Of a stretch of DNA of 64,000 nucleotides, positions 51,615 to 64,000 are shown piece by piece (the stretch's first letter is position 1; each line of letters begins with the position of its first letter). The notes beneath the pieces are model-generated. The model was not told where the DNA came from. It did not search any database and saw nothing but the letters and a program-made list of their open reading frames with translations. This DNA is from Chara braunii (lineage: Eukaryota > Plantae > Charophyceae). The DNA is taken from positions 4,045,298-4,109,297 of the forward strand of contig BFEA01000033.1 of the NCBI GenBank assembly GCA_003427395.1, read 5' to 3'. A program made the translations under genes and the position numbers.

Positions 51615-52892
51615 ATGGTACAGCCGAGTAGCTCAGTGCGTAGACCAACGGTTGGAAAATTAATGTGCATTGTGGTATGAGGTTGCAGGTTCAAAACGCA
51701 ATTGCAGCTTCGAGCATTTCCGGCCAGGCTGGCGGGCGTTGACCAACGTGCACCTGTACACACTGTCCTCTGGGTGCTGCATGGTTATAAATACAGACCC
51801 TGTCCGCATCACTCAGGGGACTTAGTCCAGGTTGTTGTATGCTGGGTCTTGACTATGTGTGGGTTGCTTGACGTGGTCATTGATGGTTCTGATATTTTTC
51901 CCTGTTCTGGCATATAATACATTGGCATCAATTCACAACGTAGCACATATGGTAGGGCTGTGACGAACTGCTTTCTGCAACCACGCGACTTTCTTCGCAA
52001 GGCTACTTCGGGGGTTGATTCGATATGGGCCCGCCGAATTGCATGTGTGCTCTCACCTTTTCGAAATTGAAGCTGGTATGGTCCCACGCCGGTTGGTAGT
52101 TGATCGTGCCTTAGCGAGCGTAGAGGATAACTGTTGCCATAGCTTCTTTCTTGTTCTGTTGTGGGAGATGGGAATTTGGGCACGATAGGCGAGCGGGAAA
52201 AATCTTTTTGAATTTTCAACAGATGTTGAGCCCCTCAGAATTTTTTTTCTCATATTTCTTTTTGCAATTAGGACTTCGGTTAGGAGTTTGGGTGCATCGC
52301 GATGCTGCCGACAACTGCACGGTGCTTCTTGCTTGCGTGCGCCTTGCTGCGCCAGGGTTTGTGCTCGGGCTTCTCCGCACCTTAATCTTACGTGCAATTG
52401 TAATTCTCTGCTTGGCAGACGCGAATATAACTGTAATCTTCTCCTTCTTGATATCTTTCCGTGCGTATTCTTTCCAATCCTATTGGCCTAAGCGATGCAT
52501 GACTGGATCGATGCATGGAGAGTGGCTACGTCCCCCGCTCCGCGGCCCGAGCATCCAGTCGTAGGCACTACCTTCCTCCTTCTTCCCTCCCACTCAGACG
52601 CAATCTCGGGTATCTCGCGCAAACGCTCACGTTATAAATTTTGCAAGCGCAATTAAGTAACTCTCTATGAATTTTGGAGTTAATGAGGTCAAGAGGATCG
52701 GCTAACGAGCAAGCGTCGTAAGGTGAGTAGAGAGTTGGGCGATCCGACAAGCTGGTGCTGCGTATGCGGGGTTGACGTCGGGTCATGATGGACTGTGGCG
52801 CACGGACGAACCTTGCTTGCATGCTCGGACTAAGTGGGGTGACAACTCTATGTAGGTGCGAGGCAACGGACTGGCCGCATCGAGATACTGTG

Positions 52893-52929
<37 letters not shown>

Positions 52930-53039
52930 NNNNNNNNNNNNNNNNNNNNNNNNNNNNNNNNNNNNNNNNNNNNNNNNNNNNNNNNNNNNNNNNNNNNNNN
53001 NNNNNNNNNNNNNNNNNNNNNNNNNNNNNNNNNNNNNNN

Positions 53040-53099
<60 letters not shown>

Positions 53100-54388
53100 T
53101 ATGGTACGGAGGAGTAGCTCAGTGCGCAGAGCAACGGTTGGAAATGTGAATTGTGGTATGAGGTTGCACGTTCAAAACTCAATTGCAGCCTCGCTCATTT
53201 CGGGTCGAGCTGGCAGGCGTTGACCAGCGTGCAGTTGTAGACACTGTCCTCTGAGTGCTGCATGGTTATCAATACAGACCCTGTCTGCATCACTCAGGGT
53301 ACTTAGTCCAGGTTGTTGTATGCTGGGTCTTGACTATGTGTGGGTTGCTTGACGTGGTCATTGATGGTTCCGATATTCTTCCCTGTTCTGGCATATAATA
53401 CATTGGCATCAATTCACAACCGTGACGTAGCACATATGGTAGGGCTGTGAGTAACTGTTTTCTGCAACCGCGCGACTTTCTGCGCACGGCTACTTCGGGG
53501 GTTGATTGATATGGGCCCGCCGAATTGCATGTCTGCCCTCACCTTTTCGGAATTGAAGCTGGTATGGTCCCACGCCGGTTGGTAGTTGATCGCGCCTTAG
53601 CGAGCGCAGAGGATAACTGTTGCCATAGCTTCTTTCTTGTTCTGTTGTGGGAGATGGGAATTATGGCGCGATAGCCGCGCGGGAAAAATCTTTTTGAATT
53701 TTCAACTGATGTCGAGCCCCCGCGGGCTGTTGGAATTTTTTTTCTCATATTTATTTTTGCAATTAGGACTTAGGCTAGGAATTTGGGTGCATCGCGATGC
53801 TCCCGACAACTGCACGGTACTTCTTGCTTGCGTGCGCCTTGCTGCGCCAGGGTTTGTGCTCTGGCTTCCCCTCACCTTAATCTTACGTGCAATTGTAATT
53901 CTCTGCTTGGCAAGCGTGAATGTAATTGTAATCTTCTCCTTCTTGATATCTTCGCGTGCGTATTCTTTCCAATCCTATTGGCCTAAGCGATGGATGACTG
54001 GATCGATGTGTAGAGAGTGGCTACGTCCCCCACGCCGCGGCCCGACTATCCAGTCGTAGGCACTACCTTCCTCCTTCTTCCCTCCCACTCAGACGCAATC
54101 TCGGGTATCTCGCGCAAACGCTCACGCTATAAATTTTGCAAGCGCAATTAAGTAGCTCTATATGAATTTTGGAGTTAGCGAGGTCGAGAGGATCGGCTAA
54201 CGAGCAAACGTCGGAAGGTGAGTAGAGAGTTGGGCGATCCGACGAGCCGGTGCTGGGTATGCGGGGTTGACGTGGGGCCATGATGGACTGTGGCGCACGG
54301 GCGAACCTTGCTTGCATGCTCGGACTTAGCGGGGTGACAACTCTATGTGGGTGCGAGGCAATGGACTGCCCGCATCGAGATACTGTGA

Positions 54389-54477
<89 letters not shown>

Positions 54478-56019
54478 CAGGATGTGTTAGAGTGGTGCCT
54501 TTCTTCAATTCTAGTGAGTAATTTTGATATTGGACGCAAGTCGTCCTTGTTTTTGGATAAACCACTCTCGGACTTTTCTTTTCTCGTGACGTGATGTGTG
54601 GTTCCCCTCCCCCGCTCCCTTTCCTTCCTTGTTTGGAGTCGTTGGTTTGGGCTGGCTGATTCTCTACGTTAGTCTATGTATGTTTTTGGGTCGACGGGAC
54701 GTCACGGTGTGGAGATCGATGCATGTATGGTTTGACGGTTTTCTTTTCTTTTTTAACATGAATTGGATAGGCATGCTAGTTAGTTAGACACATGTTTCAC
54801 CTCACAATCTACGGGCCATCGGCCAATACCAGCCCGATCGACGAGTAGATCGGGTGCACATGGCGCAAACGATTTTTGTTATCGGTTCGATCACTCTCGG
54901 ATTTTTCTTCTCTTTGTAAAAGTAATGTGTGACGTTCGCCCTCGCCTCACTCTTTCCTTGCTTGAATTGTTCGGTTGATTGCCTAGTCTGTGTATGTCCT
55001 CTGATCTTCGAAACCGTTGAGTCAAATGCATGGATGTTTGATGTTTCCTTTAATGTAGATTAGATAAGCATGCTCGTTGGATAAAGGCATGTCTCGCTTT
55101 GCGATTATCCTTCTTCGGGCTTGCCTGTAAAGATTGGGGATTGGCAGCCAATACCGACCTGACCGCTGGACGGATCTCGTGCACGCACGTGTAAGCCCGG
55201 TCGAGGAAGGTCGTAACTTACACGAGTGTCTGCAAGATCTGCCGCCGATTTCTCCCCGACCAAACGCCCCAATGCCTGGACTCCCGCCCCTGCCTGCAAG
55301 ATGAATATCGAAATTCCCTTCTGCATCACCAACCGCGAATGTCTGAGGGATTGTGAATTCCGGTAGTATTGGGAGCACGTGTGTCTGTCTGCACGACCGA
55401 GAGAAGAACTTCGAGAATTTCCATACCCAACGGGAAACGAACGTATCTGCGAGTGGGATATTGATTGGGCCCTAGAGTGTATTCCCTAGCGCCCCGAGTT
55501 TCCCAGCTCATACGTGTGTCACCTCGTCGTGGAACTCGAAATAATTATTCTGGAAACCGACTTCCCTCCCTATCACCGCATACTGCCCTTTCACTCTTTG
55601 ACCATCGTCCCTTGGTGGGCACTCGCCCCCTACTGGCCCCAACCCGTGTGCTCAGAGTGCCTGCAGGCTGCAGGACCGCGCTTACCGAGCGTCGGACGTC
55701 GTTCGACGAATCCGCTCAGAGGTCGAACGAAGAGAGCACAGCCTTCGGCTGAGACCGTCTGCGTCCAATTCCGAGACCTGCAATACTCGTCGGTGACAAA
55801 TAATGAACCAGCGAGATAGCCATAGCGTACCAGCGATACATAGCAAACAAATCCGACCCAGACGACGGGACTAACGGAGGTGATGGCTCTGCTCCCCGAA
55901 GCATAAAACGAGATCCCGCCCCACGCCTACCTACTTGCATAAGTATTCCTGAGACTTGGCACAGGAGATCTAAGTTCCGACTTGGGACACCACCCCCACT
56001 TTCCTAAAATCGTTGGCAC

Positions 56020-56324
56020 CTATGAATCCCCCTCGGCGGCGGCCAAGCGCGGCCGAATCCGCGGACGTGTCCGCACGGACGCGCGGCTTTGACGCCACGT
56101 GGCGGCCAGAGGAGAAGGGGGTTGGGGATTCGGGAAGCGCCATGGGGCGGCGCATCCCCGGCCCCACCCCCTCACACAAAAAAAAAAGAAAAAAAAACAA
56201 TTTTTAATTGGGGGGGTTGGGCTATATTACGAGGAGAAATGAAGAAAAAAAAAATGTTTTTTTTTTTTTTTCCGTTGATTGATTGATTGATTGATTGGTG
56301 GGGGCGGGGTCGCCCCACCCCCCC

Positions 56325-56375
<51 letters not shown>

Positions 56376-56468
56376 CATTCATTCATTCATTCATTCATTC
56401 ATTCATTCATTCATTCATTCATTCATTCATTTACTATTCGATTTTGCTTTTTTCTTTTTTCTTTTTTG

Positions 56469-56513
<45 letters not shown>

Positions 56514-56554
56514 CGATTGACTGATTGGTGGGGGCGGGGTCGCCCCACCCCGCC

Positions 56555-56588
<34 letters not shown>

Positions 56589-57328
56589 GGGGGAGGGGTC
56601 GCNNNNNNNNNNNNNNNNNNNNNNNNNNNNNNNNNNNNNNNNNNNNNNNNNNNNNNNNNNNNNNNNNNNNNNNNNNNNNNNNNNNNNNNNNNNNNNNNNN
56701 NNNNNNNNNNNNNNNNNNNNNNNNNNNNNNNNNNNNNNNNNNNNNNNNNNNNNNNNNNNNNNNNNNNNNNNNNNNNNNNNNNNNNNNNNNNNNNNNNNNN
56801 NNNNNNNNNNNNNNNNNNNNNNNNNNNNNNNNNNNNNNNNNNNNNNNNNNNNCACACGCTCACAATCAATCAATCAATCCATCAAACCCCTTTTTTGTTT
56901 ATTTATTTTGAAATTCTGCATCTGCATTTTTTAAAACCACCTCATACCCCTGCAAAAAACAGAAATTAATTTTAAAAAAAAATACTGGTCAACTCAGGGA
57001 CCATATATCTCATGATAAAAAATGTCAAAAAAAAATTCCTGCTTTTCTTTATATATATATATATTTTTTTTAAATCCAATTTCGTTTTTGATTTTGTAAG
57101 AATCCTAAACAAAGTCAGATTCCAAAAAAAAAAAAAAAAAAGGGGTTGTAGGGCTTAAAATTCCCTACAACCCCATATGTTTTTATTTGGTTTTTACCTA
57201 ATATTTAATTTAGGAAAATTCTGGTAAAATCGGGTCCGCGACGCGGAACAGGACGGCCGCGGACGCGGCCACATATGCGGCCGCCATCTGATATCAGCCC
57301 CGCGGACGCGTCCGCGGGTGTTTCATTG
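56020..57328. mobile_element. hAT-like MITE with (ATTG)n/(ATTC)n core, inserted in the LTR
   Basis: Termini ctatgaa…/…ttcattg. 8-bp TSD gttggcac/cttggcac. Contains an N gap. Confidence 0.75.
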
Positions 57329-57564
57329 CTTGGCACACCCCCTTTTTTGCATTTCCAGGCCCTCTCTCACTGGCACTCCGATCAGGAAGTCGCGTCGGGC
57401 GTGAGGTTATTATTGGAGCCGACACGTGGCAAGCTCAGGAATTGCCAAGCGAGTAAGTTGCGTAGGTCGATCTGGCGAACAGAGGACGACCTAGGCAGAG
57501 GAACGGGCCACAACGCGACCCTATAGTAACTAGGAGTAGAACGGTCGGACGATAGGCTGCTGAC

Positions 57565-60500
57565 ATGAACGCCAACGCTGCACCAAGTGTTGGCAGGGCT
57601 CCGGCTCCTCGAGCCCGAGCACCCGCAACACTGCCCAAACTTATATCTTTCTGATCCCAGACATCACTTGGCTGGGGTATGGCTGGCTACGCTGCGTGCG
57701 CAACAGTATGAGAATGACGAGGCCATGGTTAACATCCCCGCCCGGTTGCGAGGGGATGTGCACCATTGGTTCAGTACCTACGCCTGGGTAGACCTCCTGA
57801 CCTTCAAGAGGGACTTCTTACACAGATTCGATTACATATATCTTGAACAAGTCTTCTTCATGATTAAAGAGCGGGCCCAAAAGCCTCTGGAGTATGTCAC
57901 AGAGTATCACAGTAAGTTCTTTAGGTTGTTCGTTAAGTCAGAGCGAGACGAAAAAGTTAGAAGAGATTTGTTCATCGACGGACTCCGAAACCGCACCATG
58001 CGGACAAAATTGCGAAAGCAATATTCGCATCAATCATACCATGCAACAGATCATGGATGGGGCAGAAGAGATGGAACGAAGATTCGCCGCCAACTTCCAA
58101 GAAGGTGAAGATGATGCTAAGGAAGGAGATTCCTCCGAACTGGCGAGAGCGAAGGCCGAGCTAGCCGCGCTTCAAAATAAATTTGAAAACATGGGCTTCG
58201 TTTCTAGCCCCGTCACCTATCTAGAGCAAGTTGGAAGCAAGAGATCGATATCAGACACAACCTTAGGGCTGCCTGTGATGGTCACACCTGCACCTCCCCC
58301 AGACACAGCTGCTAAGTCAAACGAATCAAGCGCAGTATTATAATTCACTCGAACGCTAGTTAATTTGATGCAGGAAAGCAAAAAGGAACAACGCGAGCAC
58401 AACACCCAGATAGAGTCACTGATGTGGTCCATGCGCCCAATCGCTGTTCGAGTTGCACCAATAGTACCAGGAGCAGCCCCCGCCCAAGCCATGGGCGGGG
58501 CCGTATCTAATCAGGCCGTATGCTACACGTGTCACCATCGAGGCCATTTAGCCCGAGACTGCCCCAACCAACCGGCACAAGTCCGGATGGGAGCAGCCCC
58601 TGCGGCAGCAGCACCCGTGGCCAATGGACCAGGAAGGGTAGGCACGATGGTAGAAGAAGTTAAGGGAGGAGGGAGCACGCTAATCACCACCGAGGAAGTC
58701 GCGGAGCTTATCCCGCTCGATCAATACATCTCATTGGGTTACCCAGGATTGGGAATGATCGGGATTATCCGTCCTACCAACGAACAACGGGAGATAACGA
58801 AATGAAGACCATCTCCTGAGGAAATGAAATCGGGTGGTCCTGCTTTTGTTACGAGAGAAATTAATGTCTTAAACATCGTCTGATCCATGGACCACCGAAT
58901 TCCCCTTCCCATCGGACATCTGCTATCCATATGGGAACAGGTGAACGAACGAATGTTGCAACATTGCAAGGCAAACCGGAAGCGTTTTGCTCTTGCAAAG
59001 TTAGCAACCATCAAAGGGAAAGCCCCCATCCGGGAAGACAAGCCCAACGTTCCCAGCACCTCAAACCTGATACAATTGGGACTAATCCAAAAAGACGATC
59101 ATTTTTTGCGCACTAAGGCTATTCCATGGAAATCCGCAGAATGTGATATAATAGAAGTTTGGGGAATTCCGTACAGTGCTATTATCGACTCAGGGGCCGC
59201 GATTCTAGCCATCTCCCTTAGGGTGGTCGAACGGGCAGGAAGAAGAAAAGATCTGATCCCGTTAGCGGAAGGAGATCACCTTGTCTCCGCTGACGAGGAA
59301 AAGATCAAGGTGGTGGGAAGGATGACAAATGTCGCCCTCCAATTAGGAAAAATTCACGCCTTGGGGAATGTTGTAGTATTGGACATGAATACAGACGACG
59401 TCCTCATGGGAATGCCTGCCCTTATCGCATTATGGGCCAACCTAGATTTCGAAAAGCGATCGATTATCCTCCGGAATACGGACGAAAAACCGTATGTTAT
59501 CCCGATTTGTCTAACTCTCCGAACTACGCTACCTGCGGCTCGGAAAACTCTTCCCAGGATCAGGGAACCACTCCATGTGATCAACTGGAGAGAACCTCCT
59601 AACGAACTTGACCATAGGGAAAGAGGACCCGAACTGTCGCCTAACATTTCTGACAACGAGGACAAAGCTGATCCGGTGATCCGGGATATGGTGCACCAAC
59701 TGATTTGCTACCTTGTCCGGCAAAAAGTAAACAAAACGTTCGTCCTTACAGGAAGGGACCTCCAACGGACACGGGCTCTAATCCTAGGGGAACCATTGGT
59801 ACCAGTATCCCAAATGACCGATTCCTCGGACCCTATACGAAGCCACCACCCCGCTCCTTCCGAGGTACAGTGACAAGAAAGTCTTCTGCGATATCACGGA
59901 ACTACCTCACTCCTTGCACTCTGCAAGAAAGGAGGTTCGGTTGCTGCGACAGGGCACCGAGAGCGAAGCTCTGGAACCCCCTGGGCTAGATGATCCCCTT
60001 CCTTACGAACTCGGGATCAAAATTGTCGAGAAACCCGTAAGCACTCGAGACATCGATGACGGCGTAACATTAGAGGACCACATGGCAATCAGGGAGGAAG
60101 ACGCTCAAATGGTGGCCACGGTGTTCTCCTAGAAATCGAACAACTCGTTTATCTCGTCTCCTCCACAAGGAAATGGTACGAAAGTGAGCACAAAGCAAGT
60201 CACGGTTAGCATACACGGACAACTTTATGAAAAACATTGCCCGAATACGTGCCTGATGAAACTTGTCACCTTATTGTTGACATTTTCTCCGAATATTTAG
60301 GAGCGATTAACATCAAGGACACGGATATCGGACTGTCATTAGTTGTTCAACATGAAATCCAAATAGGAACACACCCACCAAACCACTGCAAACCGTACCA
60401 ATATTCCCTAGCAGAACGGAGAATGGCGTTGGAACGAGTCCGAGAATTCGAGTCTAACGGATGGATCGAGCCAGCCACAGGGCCCTGGTCCTTCCTCGTG

Positions 60501-61166
60501 GTCCTAGTCCCGAAAAAGAATGGATCAATTCGTATATGCATCGTTTATAGGAAATTGAATGATATAACGATCAAATATGTGTACTACCCCCTTCCCCAGA
60601 TTCATGATTTGTTTGATGCGATTGGGTGTGCTAATTATTTTAGTAAGTTTGATATATGTCACGGGTTTCATCATATTCTGGTCAAGGAGGAGGATCGGCC
60701 CAAAACAGCATTTGTATTGTTCGAAGGCTATGTGACACCCGCGGCCTACGCCGCGGGCATTTCGACCGCGGCCGCGGCCGATGAGGCCCAATCTATGGCC
60801 TGTTTTTTTTATTTTATTTTTTACCCCTAAAAATACGTAAAAAATATATATACATATGGGGGTGTAGGGTTTGGAAAACCCTACACTCCTATATATATTT
60901 TTTTGGAATCCGACTTTGTTTAGGATTTAAAAAAAATCAAAAACTAAATTGGATTTTAAAATATATATGTATATATATACATTAAAAAAAACAGGAATTT
61001 TTTTTGGTCATTTTTTATCATGAGATGTATGGTCCCTGAGTTGACCTAGATCTTTTTTAGAAATGAAATTTTGTTTTTTGTAGGGAAATGAGGTGTTTAA
61101 AAAAATGAAGATGCAAATTTTGAAAGCAAATAAAAAAAAAAAAGGTTTGGTTGATTGGTTGATTGG

Positions 61167-61211
<45 letters not shown>

Positions 61212-61215
61212 CTGA

Positions 61216-61277
<62 letters not shown>

Positions 61278-61503
61278 GATTGATGATTGAGTGTGAGTGT
61301 GTGTGTGTNNNNNNNNNNNNNNNNNNNNNNNNNNNNNNNNNNNNNNNNNNNNNNNNNNNNNNNNNNNNNNNNNNNNNNNNNNNNNNNNNNNNNNNNNNNN
61401 NNNNNNNNNNNNNNNNNNNGTGTGTGTGTGTGTGATGTGTGTGCGTGATGTGTGTGTGTGTGTGTGTATGCGCCGGGAAGGGGAGGGAGCACCCCTCCCC
61501 CAC

Positions 61504-61566
<63 letters not shown>

Positions 61567-61572
61567 CCAACT

Positions 61573-61626
<54 letters not shown>

Positions 61627-61642
61627 CAAACCAATCAATCAA

Positions 61643-61720
<78 letters not shown>

Positions 61721-63809
61721 AAATAAAACCATTTAATCAACGAATTTTGTTTTTTTTATTTTTTTATTTTTTTTGTTTCTCCCCGAAAACCACCCACCCC
61801 AAAAAATATATATTTTTTTAATTTTTTTAGCGTGGCCCTGTGGAGGAGGCGTTCGGCGCGCGCCCCCGCCAGGTCATGGTACGACCATGCGAAAAGTCGG
61901 TCGTGCGGCCTCAGCCGCGGACGAGGCCGCAGGATCTGCGGCCGACGGTGCCACGTAGTTCGAAGGCACCTGACAGTGGGTTCGTTGCCCCATGGAAATA
62001 TATAATGCACCAGCCACCTTTCAGAGAACAATGAACGTCACTTTCTAAAATTTCGTCAACAAGACCAGGCTGACCCAGGGAATGATTAATTTTTGCATCA
62101 TTGTGTACATGGACAACATCCCGGTGTATTTTGAATCATTTCACGGACACACAGAACACATCGAATGGACACTTGGAGCATTACCGGACGTCGGTTTCAA
62201 GATCGCATTGGACAAAAGCGAGTTTTTCCTCTCCGAGATCTTGTTCCTGGGGTACGTGGTAACACGAGGGGGTTTGGGACCAGATGCGAGGAAGGTTGAG
62301 GCGGTTCAAAACGCACCCACACCTACGTCACTGGCATAGGTTCGAGCCTTTCTGGGACTGACCTCATATTACCGGCGATGTATGAAGGGGTTTGCGGCAA
62401 TCGCTCGGCCTTTAACGAACCTCCTACGAAAGGACCAGCCACTGAATTGGGACACGGAGTGCGAACAGGCCTTTGTCACTTTGAAGGAAGCCCTAGTCTT
62501 CTCGCCTATTTTGATTCGGCCCGATTCTGAGAAACAATTCATACTCATCACGGACTGGCAGCCTGAGGCGATCTTCGCTATTTTGGCCCGAAAAGGGTTG
62601 GATGGCCGAGAACACGTCATTGAGTACTCGTCGCGAAGGGTCCCCGACGAACGACGAAACAAATCGACCCCTCATTGAGGTCGTCTGGGGAATTCAACAT
62701 TTTCATCCATATCTGTATGGATAGAAATTCCTCCTCGTTATAGATCATGAGCCCTTGCTTGGTCTCAAGAGGCTCACCAACTACACTGTGACGGGCATGA
62801 TCGGACGCTGGGATTAACGACTTCAGGAGTACGACTTCGATATCATCCCTTGGAGGACGGAGAAGCACGGGAACAAGGACGGACTGACACGATTGCATCG
62901 GCGAAGCAAGGTGGCCAAAGGGGAAGAAATCACTCTTTGGAAGGAGTCGGAGGTGACCAAGGAACCATCGTATGGGCAGGTTACCATTCTCCCCAGAACC
63001 TTCAGGAAGTGACACGTGGCTCCATGGCGACGAGTGGAAAAGGTGATTCTGAAGGCCTTCTCTCCCCCATCTCTTCTTCCTCTTTTCTCTCCCTGCCTGA
63101 CAAGTTTTGCCATTTTTGTGAAGCGCTATCGTGAGTCTATTCGGTCCCTATGCATCCGAGTGGGAAAGGATATGTCGAATGGATAGATTGCGAGTGATGT
63201 GTTTCTAAAGCTCACGGATCCTGCGTCCAACATAGGAACACGGACAAACTGTGGTTGTGTCCCTCATGTCGTACTGACAAGATTCTGACGAAGGCTTGAT
63301 TCCTCGAAGCCACGTCCCAAGGATTAGAAAAGACACGCCGATTTCGAAGTGCCAAGGTATGGACTGATGTGGTCCTGATAGCCACAGTTGTGGGAAATTC
63401 CCTCCGAGAATTCACAAAGGAGGATCGGAGGCGGGCTAATGAAAGGGCACGGGACTACAGATGGGTCGAAGGGCGTTTAGAAAAGCGAAGGACAGATGAG
63501 AGTGGGATCTAGATGCTAGTACCTCATCCATTCATGAGGTACGACTGGGTTAAGTTTGCCCACGAGGAAACTGCCGCTCATTTTGTTGTTAGAATTACGG
63601 AATCGGCCATCGACAAGAACGAATGATACTTGTCGAATATTAGAGACGACGTTAAATTTATCGTCAAAAATTGCCCTGTATGCGTGGCCGATAAAGTGCC
63701 AATTCAGCCTCCCCAGTCCATCGTGCCAACGATAGTCGAACGACCATTCCAGAGAGTCGGTATGGACACGACAGACATTGTCGTTCCCCCTGGTCCAAAT
63801 AACTGCGAA
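57565..63809 (+). pseudogene. gypsy gag-pol with PHD finger
   Basis: CYTCHHRGHLARDC; IIDSGAA; VLVPKKNGSIRIC..YRKLN; KTAF; VYMDN; RNase H; PHD at ~63108-63270; integrase HHCC and PFQRVGMDT. Confidence 0.88.
60728..61958. mobile_element. hAT-like MITE inserted in RT; related to the 56020 element, inverted
   Basis: TIR cta(t/c)gtg(a/g)cacc and perfect 8-bp TSD ttcgaagg. Excision restores LFEGT. The block ggtcaactcagggaccata.atctcatgataaaaaatg is shared. Confidence 0.85.
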
Positions 63810-64000
63810 CTGCGTAGCACACCAAACGTGTTCGGAAGTTTTCCGAACGGCCGACACGTTCGGCCGTTCGCCCGAACGGGAAGCGAACGCGTTCGCACGA
63901 ACGGCTTTCGGAGGCTTGCGAACGCGTTCACCCAGCGGGCGTTACCGGCCCTCCGAAAGGTCTGGGGGGTAGGTGGGGGCCCTGGGGGGGTGTTTGAGGG
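63810..64000. mobile_element. Probable left end of another hAT-like MITE
   Basis: ctgcgtagcac resembles the family TIR. cgaacg/cgttcg subterminal repeats. Integrase similarity stops here. Confidence 0.5.

Larger units (their letters stand above)
46562..54478 (+). repeat. Tandem array of five ~1.4-kb units: tRNA-like head + ~270 bp + gypsy LTR 5' portion + (GA)n
   Basis: Units start (g)gcgacatggtac at ~46562, 47954, 50236, 51609 and 53095. LTR starts are at 46907, 49270, 50593, 51959 and 53446. Confidence 0.92.
53446..63809 (+). mobile_element. Ty3/gypsy LTR retrotransposon, copy 2 (degenerate; 3' part not seen in window)
   Basis: 5' LTR 53446-57407, degenerate PBS 57408-57420, then gag-pol collinear with copy 1. 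Confidence 0.88.

Noticed and set aside
46562-54478. CRISPR array, functional tRNA gene cluster, or repeated protein-coding genes
   Set aside because: Units are ~1.4 kb without unique spacers. The tRNA-like heads lack a closed acceptor stem and a clear anticodon arm. The short ORFs vary in start/stop between units and lie in LTR sequence.

Overview
Repeat-dominated eukaryotic DNA. The TE families and ORF style resemble a charophyte alga such as Chara (inference, not verified). There is one clear host gene, an intronless PLAC8/cysteine-rich membrane protein (42201-43331, +). The rest is nested transposable elements: two degenerate Penelope-like retroelements (one with an N-terminal GIY-YIG and terminal direct repeats), a candidate minimal hammerhead ribozyme, L1-type LINE remnants, two related Ty3/gypsy elements plus a solo LTR, a PIF/Harbinger element with transposase, Myb/trihelix partner and a third ORF, several TIR MITEs with target-site duplications (TSDs), and tRNA-derived SINEs. 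The most unusual signals are three. (1) The gypsy family has a 'split' terminus: 5' LTRs lack the last ~11 nt (…GGCGTCACA), which instead sits just before the 3' LTR as a perfect CGTCACA-TA-TGTGACG palindrome where a polypurine tract should be. (2) The same family has a PHD finger between RNase H and integrase. (3) Five tandem copies of [tRNA-like Pol III head + gypsy U3 promoter + (GA)n] lead into one gypsy copy. A Nextera mate-pair junction adapter at 1543-1580 is an assembly artefact. All alignments were made by eye.
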